A stretch of 64,000 nucleotides of DNA from an uncultured archaeon (GTDB lineage: Archaea; Asgardarchaeota; Heimdallarchaeia; Heimdallarchaeales; Heimdallarchaeaceae). Where the stretch lies: positions 72,897 to 136,896 of the forward strand of contig CAZHRF010000001.1 in NCBI GenBank assembly GCA_964534625.1, given 5' to 3'. The notes beneath the pieces are model-generated. The model had not been told where the DNA came from. It saw only the letters and a program-made list of their open reading frames with translations, and made no database searches. The position numbers and the translations under genes are program-made. Below, one piece after another: positions 22,995 through 32,754 of the stretch; the first letter of the stretch is position 1; each line of letters opens with the position of its first letter.

Positions 22995-23087
22995 TTTAGT
23001 TAAGTATACTAAAAATATGCAAAGTTAACTATATAAGTTAACCTTGACCATAAATTATCATCAATTGAATGATGTATCTATGAAAGA

Positions 23088-23552
23088 TCATTGTTTAATA
23101 ATTACATCCAAGTTACCAAACTGGCGTTGAACTAACTCCTTAACTTTCTTAATGTTTTTCCCATTTCGCCCTATAGCTCTGCCTTTATCAATATTACGAA
23201 CAGAAACTAGAGCCACCTCTCCCGATTTTCTTTTTTCGATTGATATATCTTGAATTTTTATTGGTAAAAAACAATTTTTAATGAATTTTTTAGGATTACT
23301 CGAATATTCTATTACTTCTGCATCTTTTGCAATAAGTTCTTTGAAGCGGTTAATATTAGAACCCCTCCTCCCTATTGCAATCCCTGCTTGTCCTTCTTCT
23401 ACAACAAATATTACTTTGTTCTCTTCATCATCAACAATACAATCTCGAACCATTACGTTTACAATACCTTGTAACATAGTTATATATTGCATTTCGTTAT
23501 GAGATAATTTAACTCCAACCATTTTATCAGCCTTAATTATGTTTCCTGTCAA
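23088..23552 (-). CDS. nusA: archaeal NusA-like transcription termination/antitermination protein (two KH domains)
   Basis: 154 aa. Two KH GXXG loops are present: IGRRGSNINRFKELI and IGRNGKNIKKVKELV. The gene lies immediately downstream of L30e, as in the canonical archaeal cluster. Confidence 0.8.
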   Translation of the reverse strand: MTGNIIKADKMVGVKLSHNEMQYITMLQGIVNVMVRDCIVDDEENKVIFVVEEGQAGIAIGRRGSNINRFKELIAKDAEVIEYSSNPKKFIKNCFLPIKIQDISIEKRKSGEVALVSVRNIDKGRAIGRNGKNIKKVKELVQRQFGNLDVIIKQ

Positions 23553-23732
23553 TTTAGTTGTATCTTATTGACTGTACACTATTCTTGATTTTTTTCAAGT
23601 AGTATAGTTTGTTTATGAAAGTATATAAATTATACGCAAAATATGTGCATTTATAGCTCATTATATTTTGGTATTGATATCCCCAATGCTTTCATGGTGT
23701 TTAAATAAAAGAATAAAAACGATTTTATCCTT

Positions 23733-24065
23733 TTAATTTTCAATAACGTCTAGAATATCACTGTCTCCTGTTTCGATAATTGCTAGAGTAGAAATGAAAT
23801 GTGGTCTTCCACACGCAGCACCTAAATCTAATGAAGATCCTTGATATTTTAAGACGGGTATCTCAGCCAGTTTGGCATATCGTTTTATATCTTGTTCAAT
23901 ATCAATTGGGGCATTATTAGCAAGAATTACTAATTTTGCTTTTTTATTCACTAGTGCATTACTTGTTGTTTTTACACCAAATGTTGCTTCACCTGTATCT
24001 ACAGCAATTCTTATGCTTCTATCAACATTCATCTGATTACACCGATAATCTTTATTGAAGCTCAA
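23733..24065 (-). CDS. rpl30e: 50S ribosomal protein L30e
   Basis: 110 aa. Contains KAKLVILANNAPIDIEQDIKRYAKLAEIPV and ELGAACGRPHFISTLAIIETGDSDIL, typical of the L30e/L7Ae fold family and L30e in particular. Confidence 0.8.
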   Translation of the reverse strand: MSFNKDYRCNQMNVDRSIRIAVDTGEATFGVKTTSNALVNKKAKLVILANNAPIDIEQDIKRYAKLAEIPVLKYQGSSLDLGAACGRPHFISTLAIIETGDSDILDVIEN

Positions 24066-24188
24066 AAATCTAAAGAGTTATTAAATATTATTACTATTGT
24101 GTAATTCCATAACTTACAATGAATATATATACTGAAAAGGAAAAAACTAAAAACCTTTATTTTAATAGAGTATATAGTACATAAAAAA

Positions 24189-25094
24189 GTGATTAAATTG
24201 GTTCATAAGTTCACAGTCGAGTTTCCTGAAGATATTTGGAGAGAAATAAAAGAAAAAAAAGGTCCAGGTTCTATTAAGGACTTTTTGATACGTTTAATTA
24301 GGAAAGAGTTCGAACTACAAAAAATAAAAACGTTTATTTTAGCGGGAGGTGAGGGGGCTAGGCTCAAACCATTAACAGAATCAATTCCAAAAGCTCTAAT
24401 ACCTGTGGGTTATAAGCCATTATTAGAACATAATATTGAACTACTTGAAAAAAATGGTATAACTGATGTTATATTATTAATTGGAAAGTTGGGCAATAGA
24501 ATAATGAAATATTTTGGACAAAAATGGAATACTGTAGATATAAGTTATGTAAGTGAATCTACTCTGTTAGATACTGCGGGTGCAGTAGAAAATGCTAAAA
24601 ACCTTATTTCAAACACGTTTATAGTAATGAATTCCGATATATTAACAAATGTTAAAATATCTGAGATAATTCAAAGCCATAAACAAAATAAAAATGAATG
24701 CATAGCAACTGTTTGCGGAATCAATATTGACAATTATTCTCAAAAAATTGGAAACCTTGAAGATAAAACAATGTTTTCAAATTATGGTATTTTTGAAATT
24801 GAAGAATATGATGGCAATAGGAAACGCGTTGTTAACTTTGATGAAAAACTTTCGAAAAAACAAAAAGAAGGATATATTGATATGGGTATATATGTGTTTG
24901 AACCAGAAATATTGACGTATTTAAAAGATTCAAAAGAGAAATCATTATCTCGTGATATTATACCTCTGTTAATAAAACAAGAAAAAGTGAATGCTTTCAT
25001 CAGTCCTAATAATGTTTACTGGATCGATGTAGCTAGGCCAGAACGATGGTCAAAAGCATGGGATGCTCTTTTTTCAGGTGCTATTGAGCCATAA
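24189..25094 (+). CDS. sugar-phosphate nucleotidyltransferase with an N-terminal ribbon-helix-helix-like extension
   Basis: 301 aa. The NTP-transferase motif ILAGGEGARLKPLTESIPKALIPV begins near residue 48. The first ~45 aa, FTVEFPEDIWREIKEKKGPGSIKDFLIRLIRKEFE, have a beta-strand/helix pattern like CopG/Arc RHH domains. Confidence 0.65.
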   Translation: MIKLVHKFTVEFPEDIWREIKEKKGPGSIKDFLIRLIRKEFELQKIKTFILAGGEGARLKPLTESIPKALIPVGYKPLLEHNIELLEKNGITDVILLIGKLGNRIMKYFGQKWNTVDISYVSESTLLDTAGAVENAKNLISNTFIVMNSDILTNVKISEIIQSHKQNKNECIATVCGINIDNYSQKIGNLEDKTMFSNYGIFEIEEYDGNRKRVVNFDEKLSKKQKEGYIDMGIYVFEPEILTYLKDSKEKSLSRDIIPLLIKQEKVNAFISPNNVYWIDVARPERWSKAWDALFSGAIEP

Positions 25095-25149
25095 TCTTTC
25101 CCAATCGTCTTAACAAGGGATTTCACGAAAAAAAATTATAGGTGAAAAT

Positions 25150-26253
25150 ATGTCTCATCATGTATCAACAATCAAACATGCGATTGAAAGAACAAAATAT
25201 AAACAGAAAATAGCGAAAGAATATGATTTACCTGTGGAAAGTATATTAGATCTTAGTTGTGGAGATAATTTGTTCATCCCTCCAGATTTTATTAGACGTA
25301 GAATTATCAAAAAAATAAAACTAATTGATCCAAGAGACAATTATCCGTTTGACTATTACTCCTTCGTAGATGAATTATCTAGATTTCTTGGATTGAATAA
25401 AGGTTGTATATATCCCGGTTTGAGTCATAACCAATTAATTTTTAGAATACTGTCCGTGTTTAAGAAACCATCTAATAAAATTATGCTTTTAATACCTGAT
25501 AAAGACACATATTATTATATTTCAATGAGCTTAGGCTATGATCTCATGTATTATCAGTTAGAACCTAACTACAAATTATCGCCAAATGAGATACTGTCTG
25601 AAGTGAAACGAAAAAAACCGGATATTATTCTTTTCTCTTCTCCTCATTTTCCAATTGGTAATCAATTTGAAGAAGAAGCCATATTAACTTTTTTAGATAG
25701 TATTGATATACCAGTGATAGTTGATGAAACATACGTAGAATATGGGACATATAGTTTAGTAAATCAAATAGATCGTTTTGACAATTTAATTGTTATCAGA
25801 ACATTTTCAAAAGCATGGGGATTAGGTTCATTCTCTTGTGCTTATCTTGTTGCCTCATCTCCCATAGTAGAACGTATAAAAAACAGCTATGTAATTGAAG
25901 AAATTCCTCCAATAAATCTTTTAGTAACTAATTCATTATTGAGGAATCCATTCCAATTAATAGAATATATTAATGAATTCATAAATGAAAGGAAAAAAGT
26001 CATCAATTATTTAAGAGTACTGTCTGGTATTAAAGTATATCCTAGCGATTCTAATTTTATTTCATTAGAAATTAATAAAAACATAACTAAATTTACTGAT
26101 TATTTTTTGAGTAAAGGAATTATAGTCAGAACAGTTAAAGATTCAATTTTGGGAAAAAACTTAGATAACACACTTTTTGTAACCTTAGGTAATAGTAAAA
26201 TAAATGAAAGATTTACTATCTCTTTAGTTGAAATATTGGAGGCATTAGCATAA
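25150..26253 (+). CDS. class I/II aminotransferase (HisC/CobD family)
   Basis: 367 aa. VIRTFSKAWGLGSFSCAY matches the PLP-lysine region of histidinol-phosphate aminotransferase or threonine-phosphate decarboxylase (RTFSKAYGLAGLR). Confidence 0.65.
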   Translation: MSHHVSTIKHAIERTKYKQKIAKEYDLPVESILDLSCGDNLFIPPDFIRRRIIKKIKLIDPRDNYPFDYYSFVDELSRFLGLNKGCIYPGLSHNQLIFRILSVFKKPSNKIMLLIPDKDTYYYISMSLGYDLMYYQLEPNYKLSPNEILSEVKRKKPDIILFSSPHFPIGNQFEEEAILTFLDSIDIPVIVDETYVEYGTYSLVNQIDRFDNLIVIRTFSKAWGLGSFSCAYLVASSPIVERIKNSYVIEEIPPINLLVTNSLLRNPFQLIEYINEFINERKKVINYLRVLSGIKVYPSDSNFISLEINKNITKFTDYFLSKGIIVRTVKDSILGKNLDNTLFVTLGNSKINERFTISLVEILEALA

Positions 26254-26263
26254 ATTTGTGATT

Positions 26264-26764
26264 TTACTTCTTTTTGTAATACTTTCGTTTTACGGGGCTT
26301 CCGCATTCAATACAAACCTGAACCTTTCTATGATAAGTAGTAGAGCAAACACTACATTTCCAATAATACTGTCGTTTTGTTTGAATGTTAAATGACGTTC
26401 CCTCAACACATAAATTATTAATCTTGCAGACATTTTGAATTGCAAAATCATCTGATAGTATAATGAAATCATTATAATCGAGAGAAAGAGCAATTATTTG
26501 AAGGTCATAGTTTGATAAAGATGTAAAATCCCCTGTTTTTTTAGCCATTTTTTTTGCTTTTTTCAGGCTCTTTTTTGTTGGTTCGACCAGTTGTACGTGA
26601 TTCTGTTCAATTAGAATTTCCAAGGTAAATTTGGCTTTTTTAGATTTAATCTCTTCATAAATGCTAGAAGGCACAATGAAATTTTTATTAGAAAAGTATT
26701 CTAAATTATTTGGTAAAACATGGATTAGTACGGTAGAATCAACAATATAGTGTTTTTTCATCAA
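26264..26764 (-). CDS. nob1: Nob1-like PIN-domain endonuclease with C-terminal zinc ribbon
   Basis: 166 aa. The N-terminal region is PIN-like (YIVDSTVLI...D...D). The C-terminus has CSVCSTTYHRKVQVCIECG, i.e. CxxC...CxxC. This is the archaeal Nob1 architecture. Confidence 0.65.
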   Translation of the reverse strand: MMKKHYIVDSTVLIHVLPNNLEYFSNKNFIVPSSIYEEIKSKKAKFTLEILIEQNHVQLVEPTKKSLKKAKKMAKKTGDFTSLSNYDLQIIALSLDYNDFIILSDDFAIQNVCKINNLCVEGTSFNIQTKRQYYWKCSVCSTTYHRKVQVCIECGSPVKRKYYKKK

Positions 26765-26881
26765 GGTATCACAACCATTACTGAAACAGCCTTTAGTTTT
26801 TAAAACTATTTCTAACTAATATATTCGTTTTTGTCTATGACATTAGCGTTTGTTTCCATGTTGAGTAATTAAAATATAAAA

Positions 26882-28042
26882 TTAATCCTTTTTGAGTTTT
26901 GAAATAAAAAATCCTGCGGTTTTATGAACACCAGGGATAAATCTGAGAACAGGAAATGTAAAATCTGCTTTAATCGAACCCATGGAAGAATATGGGACTG
27001 AGGGTTCAACCACTTTTAGGTTAAGCTTATTTTGAGCAAACATTATTACTTCTTCATTTTCTTCTGGCGTAATAGAACAAGTGGAGTAGATAATGGTTCC
27101 ATTTTCTTTCAATCTTTCATTACATGCAGTTAATATTGCTTTTTGATAGTTTGCTATGTCTTGTATTTGTTTCTTATTCACATCGAAATGTAATCTCGGT
27201 CTAACACCTAAAGCACTACAAGGAGGATCAACTAATATTTTATCAAATTTTGGTAAATCTTTTGTTATTTTAAGTATATCTCCAACAATACAACTAATAT
27301 TTTGAAGCTTCAACTTTTTTATTTTTTCTTTCAACTTAGAGAGTCTATTTGAAGAACGATCAATGGCAATAATTTTTGATTGATTCTGGGTTATTTCACT
27401 TATATGTAGTGTTTTCCCTCCCGGTGCTGCACAAGCATCAAGAATCGTGTCACCTTTTTTTGGCTCTAAATTGAGACTAACGAGATAAGATGGAATACTC
27501 TGAAAGTATGCGGAGCTATTTTTAATTTTTTTATCGTTTTTACTTGGGACTTGATAAGGTGATTTGATGTTTTTTACTGCAATACCGTGCTCTTTTGAAG
27601 ATATTTCTACATGATTCATTAAAGTAAATCCTTCAGCAACAAAAACCTTGTTCTGGCTTTGAATATTGACAATAGTTCCTTTACTGATTTTACTAATCCT
27701 TTTTATTCCTGGGACAAAAAGATCTGCCCCTTGATAAATCATTTCGGATGCAATATTATCTACTGTTATTGTTTTAATATTATTGTCTTTCTTAATTTTA
27801 AATGGACCTTTTGGCTTAATTACAAGTAGATTGTTGAACTTTTCATTTATTCGATTCTTGAATCCTTGTTTCTCAAATTCTTTGGAAACATTATCTATTA
27901 AATCATAATCTGAATAAAAGTGCAATGTATAGTCGGTCATAGGAGTTATTATTGCATCAAAGTATATTGAAGCTAATTTTTCACCAAGTGCTGAATGGAG
28001 ATACTTTTTTGCATTGTTTGTAATGTAAGGCTTAGTACTCAT
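26882..28042 (-). CDS. NOL1/NOP2/Sun-family RNA cytosine-C5 methyltransferase with N-terminal PUA-like domain
   Basis: 386 aa. Contains DACAAPGGKT (SAM binding), DPPCSALGVRPR (catalytic Pro-Cys) and IYSTCSI (the second catalytic Cys). Confidence 0.75.
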   Translation of the reverse strand: MSTKPYITNNAKKYLHSALGEKLASIYFDAIITPMTDYTLHFYSDYDLIDNVSKEFEKQGFKNRINEKFNNLLVIKPKGPFKIKKDNNIKTITVDNIASEMIYQGADLFVPGIKRISKISKGTIVNIQSQNKVFVAEGFTLMNHVEISSKEHGIAVKNIKSPYQVPSKNDKKIKNSSAYFQSIPSYLVSLNLEPKKGDTILDACAAPGGKTLHISEITQNQSKIIAIDRSSNRLSKLKEKIKKLKLQNISCIVGDILKITKDLPKFDKILVDPPCSALGVRPRLHFDVNKKQIQDIANYQKAILTACNERLKENGTIIYSTCSITPEENEEVIMFAQNKLNLKVVEPSVPYSSMGSIKADFTFPVLRFIPGVHKTAGFFISKLKKD

Positions 28043-28109
28043 TATAATCTGTCTTGATTGATTTGTTTTTTCATGTCTTATTTGATAGTCGTGACAAATG
28101 ATGAACTAA

Positions 28110-28191
28110 TGCGGGGAGAGAGAGTCGAACTCTCGAACCACTAAGGACTAGAACCTGAATCTAGCGCCTTTGACCACTCGGCAATCCCCGC
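28110..28191 (-). tRNA. tRNA-Leu (anticodon CAG), CCA not encoded
   Basis: Minus strand reads GCGGGGA-TT-GCC..GGC, then CTAGA-TTCAGGT-TCTAG, a long variable arm, then GAGAG-TTCGACT-CTCTC, then TCCCCGC-A. This is followed by TTA rather than CCA. Confidence 0.8.
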
Positions 28192-28306
28192 TTGTTTAAA
28201 CACCAATTGTTATACATTTTATATTTTTTTGCTTGATGTACATTCTACTGAAAATACAAGACATTTATTAAGAAAAAGTAAGATAATATATTAGAAGGAG
28301 AAAGTA

Positions 28307-29572
28307 ATGAGGTTAAGAGATTATCTGAATTTTATTCAGAAAAAAGATTTACTCGTTGACATAGAAAAACCAGTTAAAAAAGAATATGAAATCAAAAAAT
28401 ATCTGTATAAATATAAAGATAAAACGGTTTTCTTTTCCAATGTAGAACATTCAAAATATCCGTTGGTGGGAAATACTATATGTTCTAGAAGACAGCTTAG
28501 TTTAATATTAGGATCAAATAATATCCATGATGGTTTTCAAAAGAAAACACAGAAATTTTACGCCAATCAAAAAACAAGTATCAATCATCTGTCGGAAGAA
28601 AAGATGGATTTATCTGAGCTTCCCATACCCAGGTTTTTCAAATCGGATGGAGGCTTTTATTTAACCTCTGGAATTGTTTTTGCTAAATTTCCTGAATCCG
28701 AAAGTACGAATGGAAGTATTCATCGTATTATGATTAGATCAAATAATAAAGGAACCATAAGACTTGTTCCAAGGCACCTTTATAAAATTTTTAGAGAAAA
28801 TAAAAATAAAAAAGAAGACACCCCAGTTGCTATAGTCGTTGGATATCATCCTCTTATTGCCTTAGCTTGTTCAAGCCCTCTCTCTTTTAATAAATCGGAA
28901 ATAACTATCGCTAATTCATTATTAGATGGGACTCTAAAAACAATGAAGTCTCCATATTATAATATTGAAATACCTTCTTCAGTAAATTTTGTTCTTGAAG
29001 GGAAAATATTAGCAAATGAAAAAGAAAAAGAAGGACCTTTTGTTGATATTACAGGTACGATAGATGAAATAAGAGAGCAACCTGTTTTACAGTTTGAAAG
29101 GCTATATGTTAATGATAGCAATGCAGTTTTTCAAACGGTTTTACCAGCTAATAACGAACATTATATTTTAATGGGTTTTCCTCGGGAAGTAAAAATATAT
29201 GAGTATGTATCCCAAATTGTACCCGAAGTTCACGATGTTTTGTTGTCTAATGGTGGATGTGGATGGCTTCATGCTATAGTATCCATAACACCATTAAAAA
29301 TAGGCGATGCGAAAAATGTTGCAATGGCTGCATTTGCTGCACATTCGTCCTTAAAATGGTGTACGGTCGTAAATAAAGACATTAATATTCATAATCCAGA
29401 AGAAGTAGAATGGGCAAAAATTACCCGAATGGGTAAGGGGGATATTGTTGTAATTAATAAAGTAAGGGGTTCATCTTTAGATCCCACAAAAAATGAAGAT
29501 GGTACTTCTATTAAAGTAATATTTGATGCTACAATAAAAACGAAAAATGAGTTACATAAAAAAATTGCATAG
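28307..29572 (+). CDS. UbiD-family decarboxylase (candidate anhydromevalonate-phosphate decarboxylase)
   Basis: 421 aa. Contains NGSIHRIMIRS (similar to the UbiD NxGxYRxQV segment) and KEGPFVDITG (similar to the conserved UbiD EGPFGExTGY segment). Confidence 0.65.
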   Translation: MRLRDYLNFIQKKDLLVDIEKPVKKEYEIKKYLYKYKDKTVFFSNVEHSKYPLVGNTICSRRQLSLILGSNNIHDGFQKKTQKFYANQKTSINHLSEEKMDLSELPIPRFFKSDGGFYLTSGIVFAKFPESESTNGSIHRIMIRSNNKGTIRLVPRHLYKIFRENKNKKEDTPVAIVVGYHPLIALACSSPLSFNKSEITIANSLLDGTLKTMKSPYYNIEIPSSVNFVLEGKILANEKEKEGPFVDITGTIDEIREQPVLQFERLYVNDSNAVFQTVLPANNEHYILMGFPREVKIYEYVSQIVPEVHDVLLSNGGCGWLHAIVSITPLKIGDAKNVAMAAFAAHSSLKWCTVVNKDINIHNPEEVEWAKITRMGKGDIVVINKVRGSSLDPTKNEDGTSIKVIFDATIKTKNELHKKIA

Positions 29573-29585
29573 TTGGCTGTGTTTT

Positions 29586-29930
29586 TTACATAATTTCATC
29601 TTGAATTTTTTTCCAAATACTGTTAAGCATTTTCTCTTCAGTTATGTTAAGCGATATTAAGACCATTTTACCTGTTACTTTTGCAATTTTTTCACCAATC
29701 ATACGTAAAAAGTAATCAAATTTTGATCCAACAAGAAAGACAGTAGACGGAGGGATAGTGTCCGAGCCGGGAACGGAAAGACTTGTAGTTCCCATCTTAG
29801 GCGTATCTATGTAGATATACAACGATATACCGTTAGTGAATTCCAAATAAGTAATTTCTAAATCGTGTTCCTCAATTTTGAGAATTTTAATGTGTGATTG
29901 ATCAGGCATGAAACCACATTCTTCTTTCAC
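29586..29930 (-). CDS. hypothetical small alpha/beta protein
   Basis: 114 aa with no recognisable motif. Its size and composition would be compatible with a roadblock/longin/profilin-like fold, but that is unproven. Confidence 0.3.
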   Translation of the reverse strand: MKEECGFMPDQSHIKILKIEEHDLEITYLEFTNGISLYIYIDTPKMGTTSLSVPGSDTIPPSTVFLVGSKFDYFLRMIGEKIAKVTGKMVLISLNITEEKMLNSIWKKIQDEIM

Positions 29931-30055
29931 TTTTAAACATTTTTAGTTCATCTATGCACATTTTGTAATTTTTTATTTTTCTGTCAGGAAAAAAGGAGTA
30001 CAAAAATACAAAAATCAATCAAACTTGTTTTGTATTAATAATACAACCAAATTTT

Positions 30056-31000
30056 TCATGAGTCGAAATCTTCGTCTAGTGAAAAGTTTTCATAAAACTT
30101 TCTAAGACGGTTTTTTGTTTCCATATCTTCAATTTGTTGCAACTCAAAAGCTAATAGTAAATTTGAAGCTAATATATTTACTGTAACGGGTCCACTTCCA
30201 CCAGGAACAGGAGAAATATAACTCGCCTTTTGTTTTACGTTATCAAAATCAACATCACCTGTTAGCTTCCCCTCTTTCATTGACACTCCAACATCGACAA
30301 CAACAACTTGTTCTTTTACCATATCTTCTTTAATTATATGAGGAATCCCTGTTGCACTAACCAAAATATCTGCTTTTTTTGTATATTTTTCTAATGGTCT
30401 AGATTTTGAGTGACAAATGGTTACAGTAGCGTTTTCTTTTAAAAAGAGGAATGAAAGGGGTTTACCAACAATAATACTACGCCCAACTATAACAACATGT
30501 TTACCTACTAGGGGTATATTATAATATTTAAGCAAAGCAACAACACCTAATGCTGTTGGAGGAACAAGTCCTGGATGATGTTCAACCCAAGAGTAAATGT
30601 TATGAGGGGAAAGACCTTCAACATCTTTCTCTGGGGCAATTTTTCTAATTATTTTCTTTGCATGCATATGATTTGGTAATGGTAATTGAACCAAAATACC
30701 ATCTATTGCGGCTTGATTGTTGTGTTCGATAATAGTGTCGATAATTTCTTTTTCTGTAGTATCCTCTGAAAAATGTTCAACTTTAGAATTTATACAAAGA
30801 TTAGAAAATACTCTCTCTTTCATTTTTAGGTAAGAAAGAGATCCTGGGTCATCGCCAACTAAAATAGTTAATAGAGAAGGTAACCGATCATAATCTTGCC
30901 TGAATACTTTGCACCGTGTCTTGAGTATTTTCTCGCTATAATTTGTCGAGAATTCTCTACCATCCATAATTATGGGATATTCGTGATTTTTTTCTTGCAT
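30056..31000 (-). CDS. folD: bifunctional methylenetetrahydrofolate dehydrogenase / methenyl-THF cyclohydrolase
   Basis: 314 aa. Contains ILVQLPLP, GKHVVIVGRSIIVGKPL and PVPGGSGPVTV, all FolD signatures. Confidence 0.85.
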   Translation of the reverse strand: MQEKNHEYPIIMDGREFSTNYSEKILKTRCKVFRQDYDRLPSLLTILVGDDPGSLSYLKMKERVFSNLCINSKVEHFSEDTTEKEIIDTIIEHNNQAAIDGILVQLPLPNHMHAKKIIRKIAPEKDVEGLSPHNIYSWVEHHPGLVPPTALGVVALLKYYNIPLVGKHVVIVGRSIIVGKPLSFLFLKENATVTICHSKSRPLEKYTKKADILVSATGIPHIIKEDMVKEQVVVVDVGVSMKEGKLTGDVDFDNVKQKASYISPVPGGSGPVTVNILASNLLLAFELQQIEDMETKNRLRKFYENFSLDEDFDS

Positions 31001-31104
31001 GATATTGAATCAAATGTATATAATATAAATATTAACTTAGTCGCTTAAATTAAAAATCTATAAACGTGAAATCAACTTAAAAAATAAGATAGTTTTAATT
31101 CGTA

Positions 31105-31722
31105 TTAATCTAACCCAACTTCAATGCGCCTTTTTTCTACGCTTTTTATTAGTTCTTTGGCAAAAGTAACAAAAGCTTCTTCAACTTTTTCTCCTGTTTT
31201 TGCAGAAGTCATGAAGAAAGAATCTTTTGATAATCCAATTTTGTCAACTATTTCGTATATTTCCTCCTCTGTAACTGCTATTTGTTCTTTCAAATCACTT
31301 TTGTTACCAACTAAGAAATATAACACATCCTCTTCGACTCCCCCTAACCCTCTCTTCCATTCTTTAATTGCTTCTAAGGTATCCTCTCTTGTTAGATCAA
31401 AGACCAAAAAGCATCCTTTAGCCCCCCGATAAAACTTTTCTCTAACTCCACTAAAACGTTGTTGACCTCCAATATCGCTAATAAGAAATAGTACTTCATC
31501 TTCGTCTATAAATAATTGTTTACTAAGAATATCGACACCAATAGTTATCATATAGCTGCTCTCAAAACGATTATGAACATAACGAGAGATCAGGGAACTT
31601 TTCCCTACACCTGGTGATCCCAGAACAATAATTTTGAAGATATATTTCCTTCCCTCTTTTTCTCTTCGTTCTTCTTTGATTTTACGAATATCATCCTTAT
31701 TCATTGGATTTTCCCCTTTCAA
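31105..31722 (-). CDS. Ras-superfamily small GTPase with Rab-like signatures
   Basis: 205 aa. Motifs: G1 GSPGVGKSS, switch I YMITIGVD (compare Rab TIGVDF), G3 DIGGQQRF followed by YRGAKGCFLVFD (compare Rab DTAGQERF...YYRGA...VYD), G4 GNKSDL, G5 TSAKTGEKVEEAF (compare Rab ETSAK...VEEAF). Confidence 0.75.
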   Translation of the reverse strand: MKGENPMNKDDIRKIKEERREKEGRKYIFKIIVLGSPGVGKSSLISRYVHNRFESSYMITIGVDILSKQLFIDEDEVLFLISDIGGQQRFSGVREKFYRGAKGCFLVFDLTREDTLEAIKEWKRGLGGVEEDVLYFLVGNKSDLKEQIAVTEEEIYEIVDKIGLSKDSFFMTSAKTGEKVEEAFVTFAKELIKSVEKRRIEVGLD

Positions 31723-31744
31723 CCTTGATAGTAATTACTTGGAT

Positions 31745-32164
31745 TTAATTCTTTCTATTGTATTTTATATTGAAATTGGAAAGAATATTTTGAGCATCAT
31801 CATTTTGTAGTTTTCCTTGAGGGGGAAATTTTAAAATTGCATCATTTGGGTGTCGCGGGATTATATGAAAGTGTACATGAAAAATCTCTTGACCTGCTGC
31901 TTTTCCATTGCTTTGTAGAATGTTATATGCTGGTGCGTCCACAGCTTCTTTTATACTAGAAGCAATTGAAGGTAATTTTTGTAGAAATATTATTTCCTCT
32001 TCTGGTATTTCGCTTAAGTCAGTGAAATGCTTCTTTGGAATATAAAGGGAATGTCCTTTTGATACAGGATTTATGTCTAAAAAAACCTTGATTTTTTCGT
32101 CTTCATACAACGTATAGCTAGGTATCTCACCTGTTATTATTTTACAGAAAATACAGTTATTCAT
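31745..32164 (-). CDS. HIT-family (histidine triad) nucleotide hydrolase
   Basis: 139 aa. Contains the N-terminal CIFCKI and the HVHFHIIPR histidine triad. Confidence 0.8.
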   Translation of the reverse strand: MNNCIFCKIITGEIPSYTLYEDEKIKVFLDINPVSKGHSLYIPKKHFTDLSEIPEEEIIFLQKLPSIASSIKEAVDAPAYNILQSNGKAAGQEIFHVHFHIIPRHPNDAILKFPPQGKLQNDDAQNILSNFNIKYNRKN

Positions 32165-32195
32165 AATGAAATTATATCTTCCAAATAAAAAAATC

Positions 32196-32636
32196 TTACT
32201 CTTCTTCTTTAGACTTAATATAATATGTCCTAAATTCTTGAAATATCTGTTTATAGTTCTTATGATTCATAAATTCAACTAATTTGATTATTACATTAAT
32301 AGTTTTTTTGCTAATAATATGTTCGATTTTACATGCATCCTCGGTTGCCAAATCTTCATCTAAACCAAGTTTAATGAAAAATTGTTTGATTGTATTATGT
32401 TTCATTTCTAAATCCTTAGCAATTTTTAAACCATCATTTGTTAAATATACGCCCTTATACTTCTCGTATTCAATCAATCTCTCATCCGCGAGTTTTTGCA
32501 TCATTTCAGTTACAGAAGCAAGACTACTCAATCCTAGGGCTTCTTTTATGTCGCTTACTTTTACTATATTTTCTTCGCTTGTACTGGTGATTTCATATAT
32601 TGTTTCAAGGTATTCTTCTATTCTTACTGTACTCAT
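32196..32636 (-). CDS. DtxR/MntR-family metal-dependent transcriptional regulator
   Basis: 146 aa. Winged-HTH region VKVSDIKEALGLSSLASVTEMMQKLADERLIEYEKYKGVYLTNDGLKIA is followed by a dimerisation-like helix, as in MntR. Confidence 0.65.
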   Translation of the reverse strand: MSTVRIEEYLETIYEITSTSEENIVKVSDIKEALGLSSLASVTEMMQKLADERLIEYEKYKGVYLTNDGLKIAKDLEMKHNTIKQFFIKLGLDEDLATEDACKIEHIISKKTINVIIKLVEFMNHKNYKQIFQEFRTYYIKSKEEE

Positions 32637-32754
32637 GTTGTTACCTCTATACTAAAGATACATCTACTATATTACAATAAACATCAAAACCTTTATGTTT
32701 TTTGTTATAGAGTTAAAAGTACGTCCTATTATTCCTTTATATTGCAAAAAAATA

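Noticed and set aside
28043-28306. tRNA-Leu as an integration site for a mobile element
   Set aside because: There is no integrase, no direct repeat of the tRNA 3' end, and no compositional shift nearby. The flanking genes are housekeeping.
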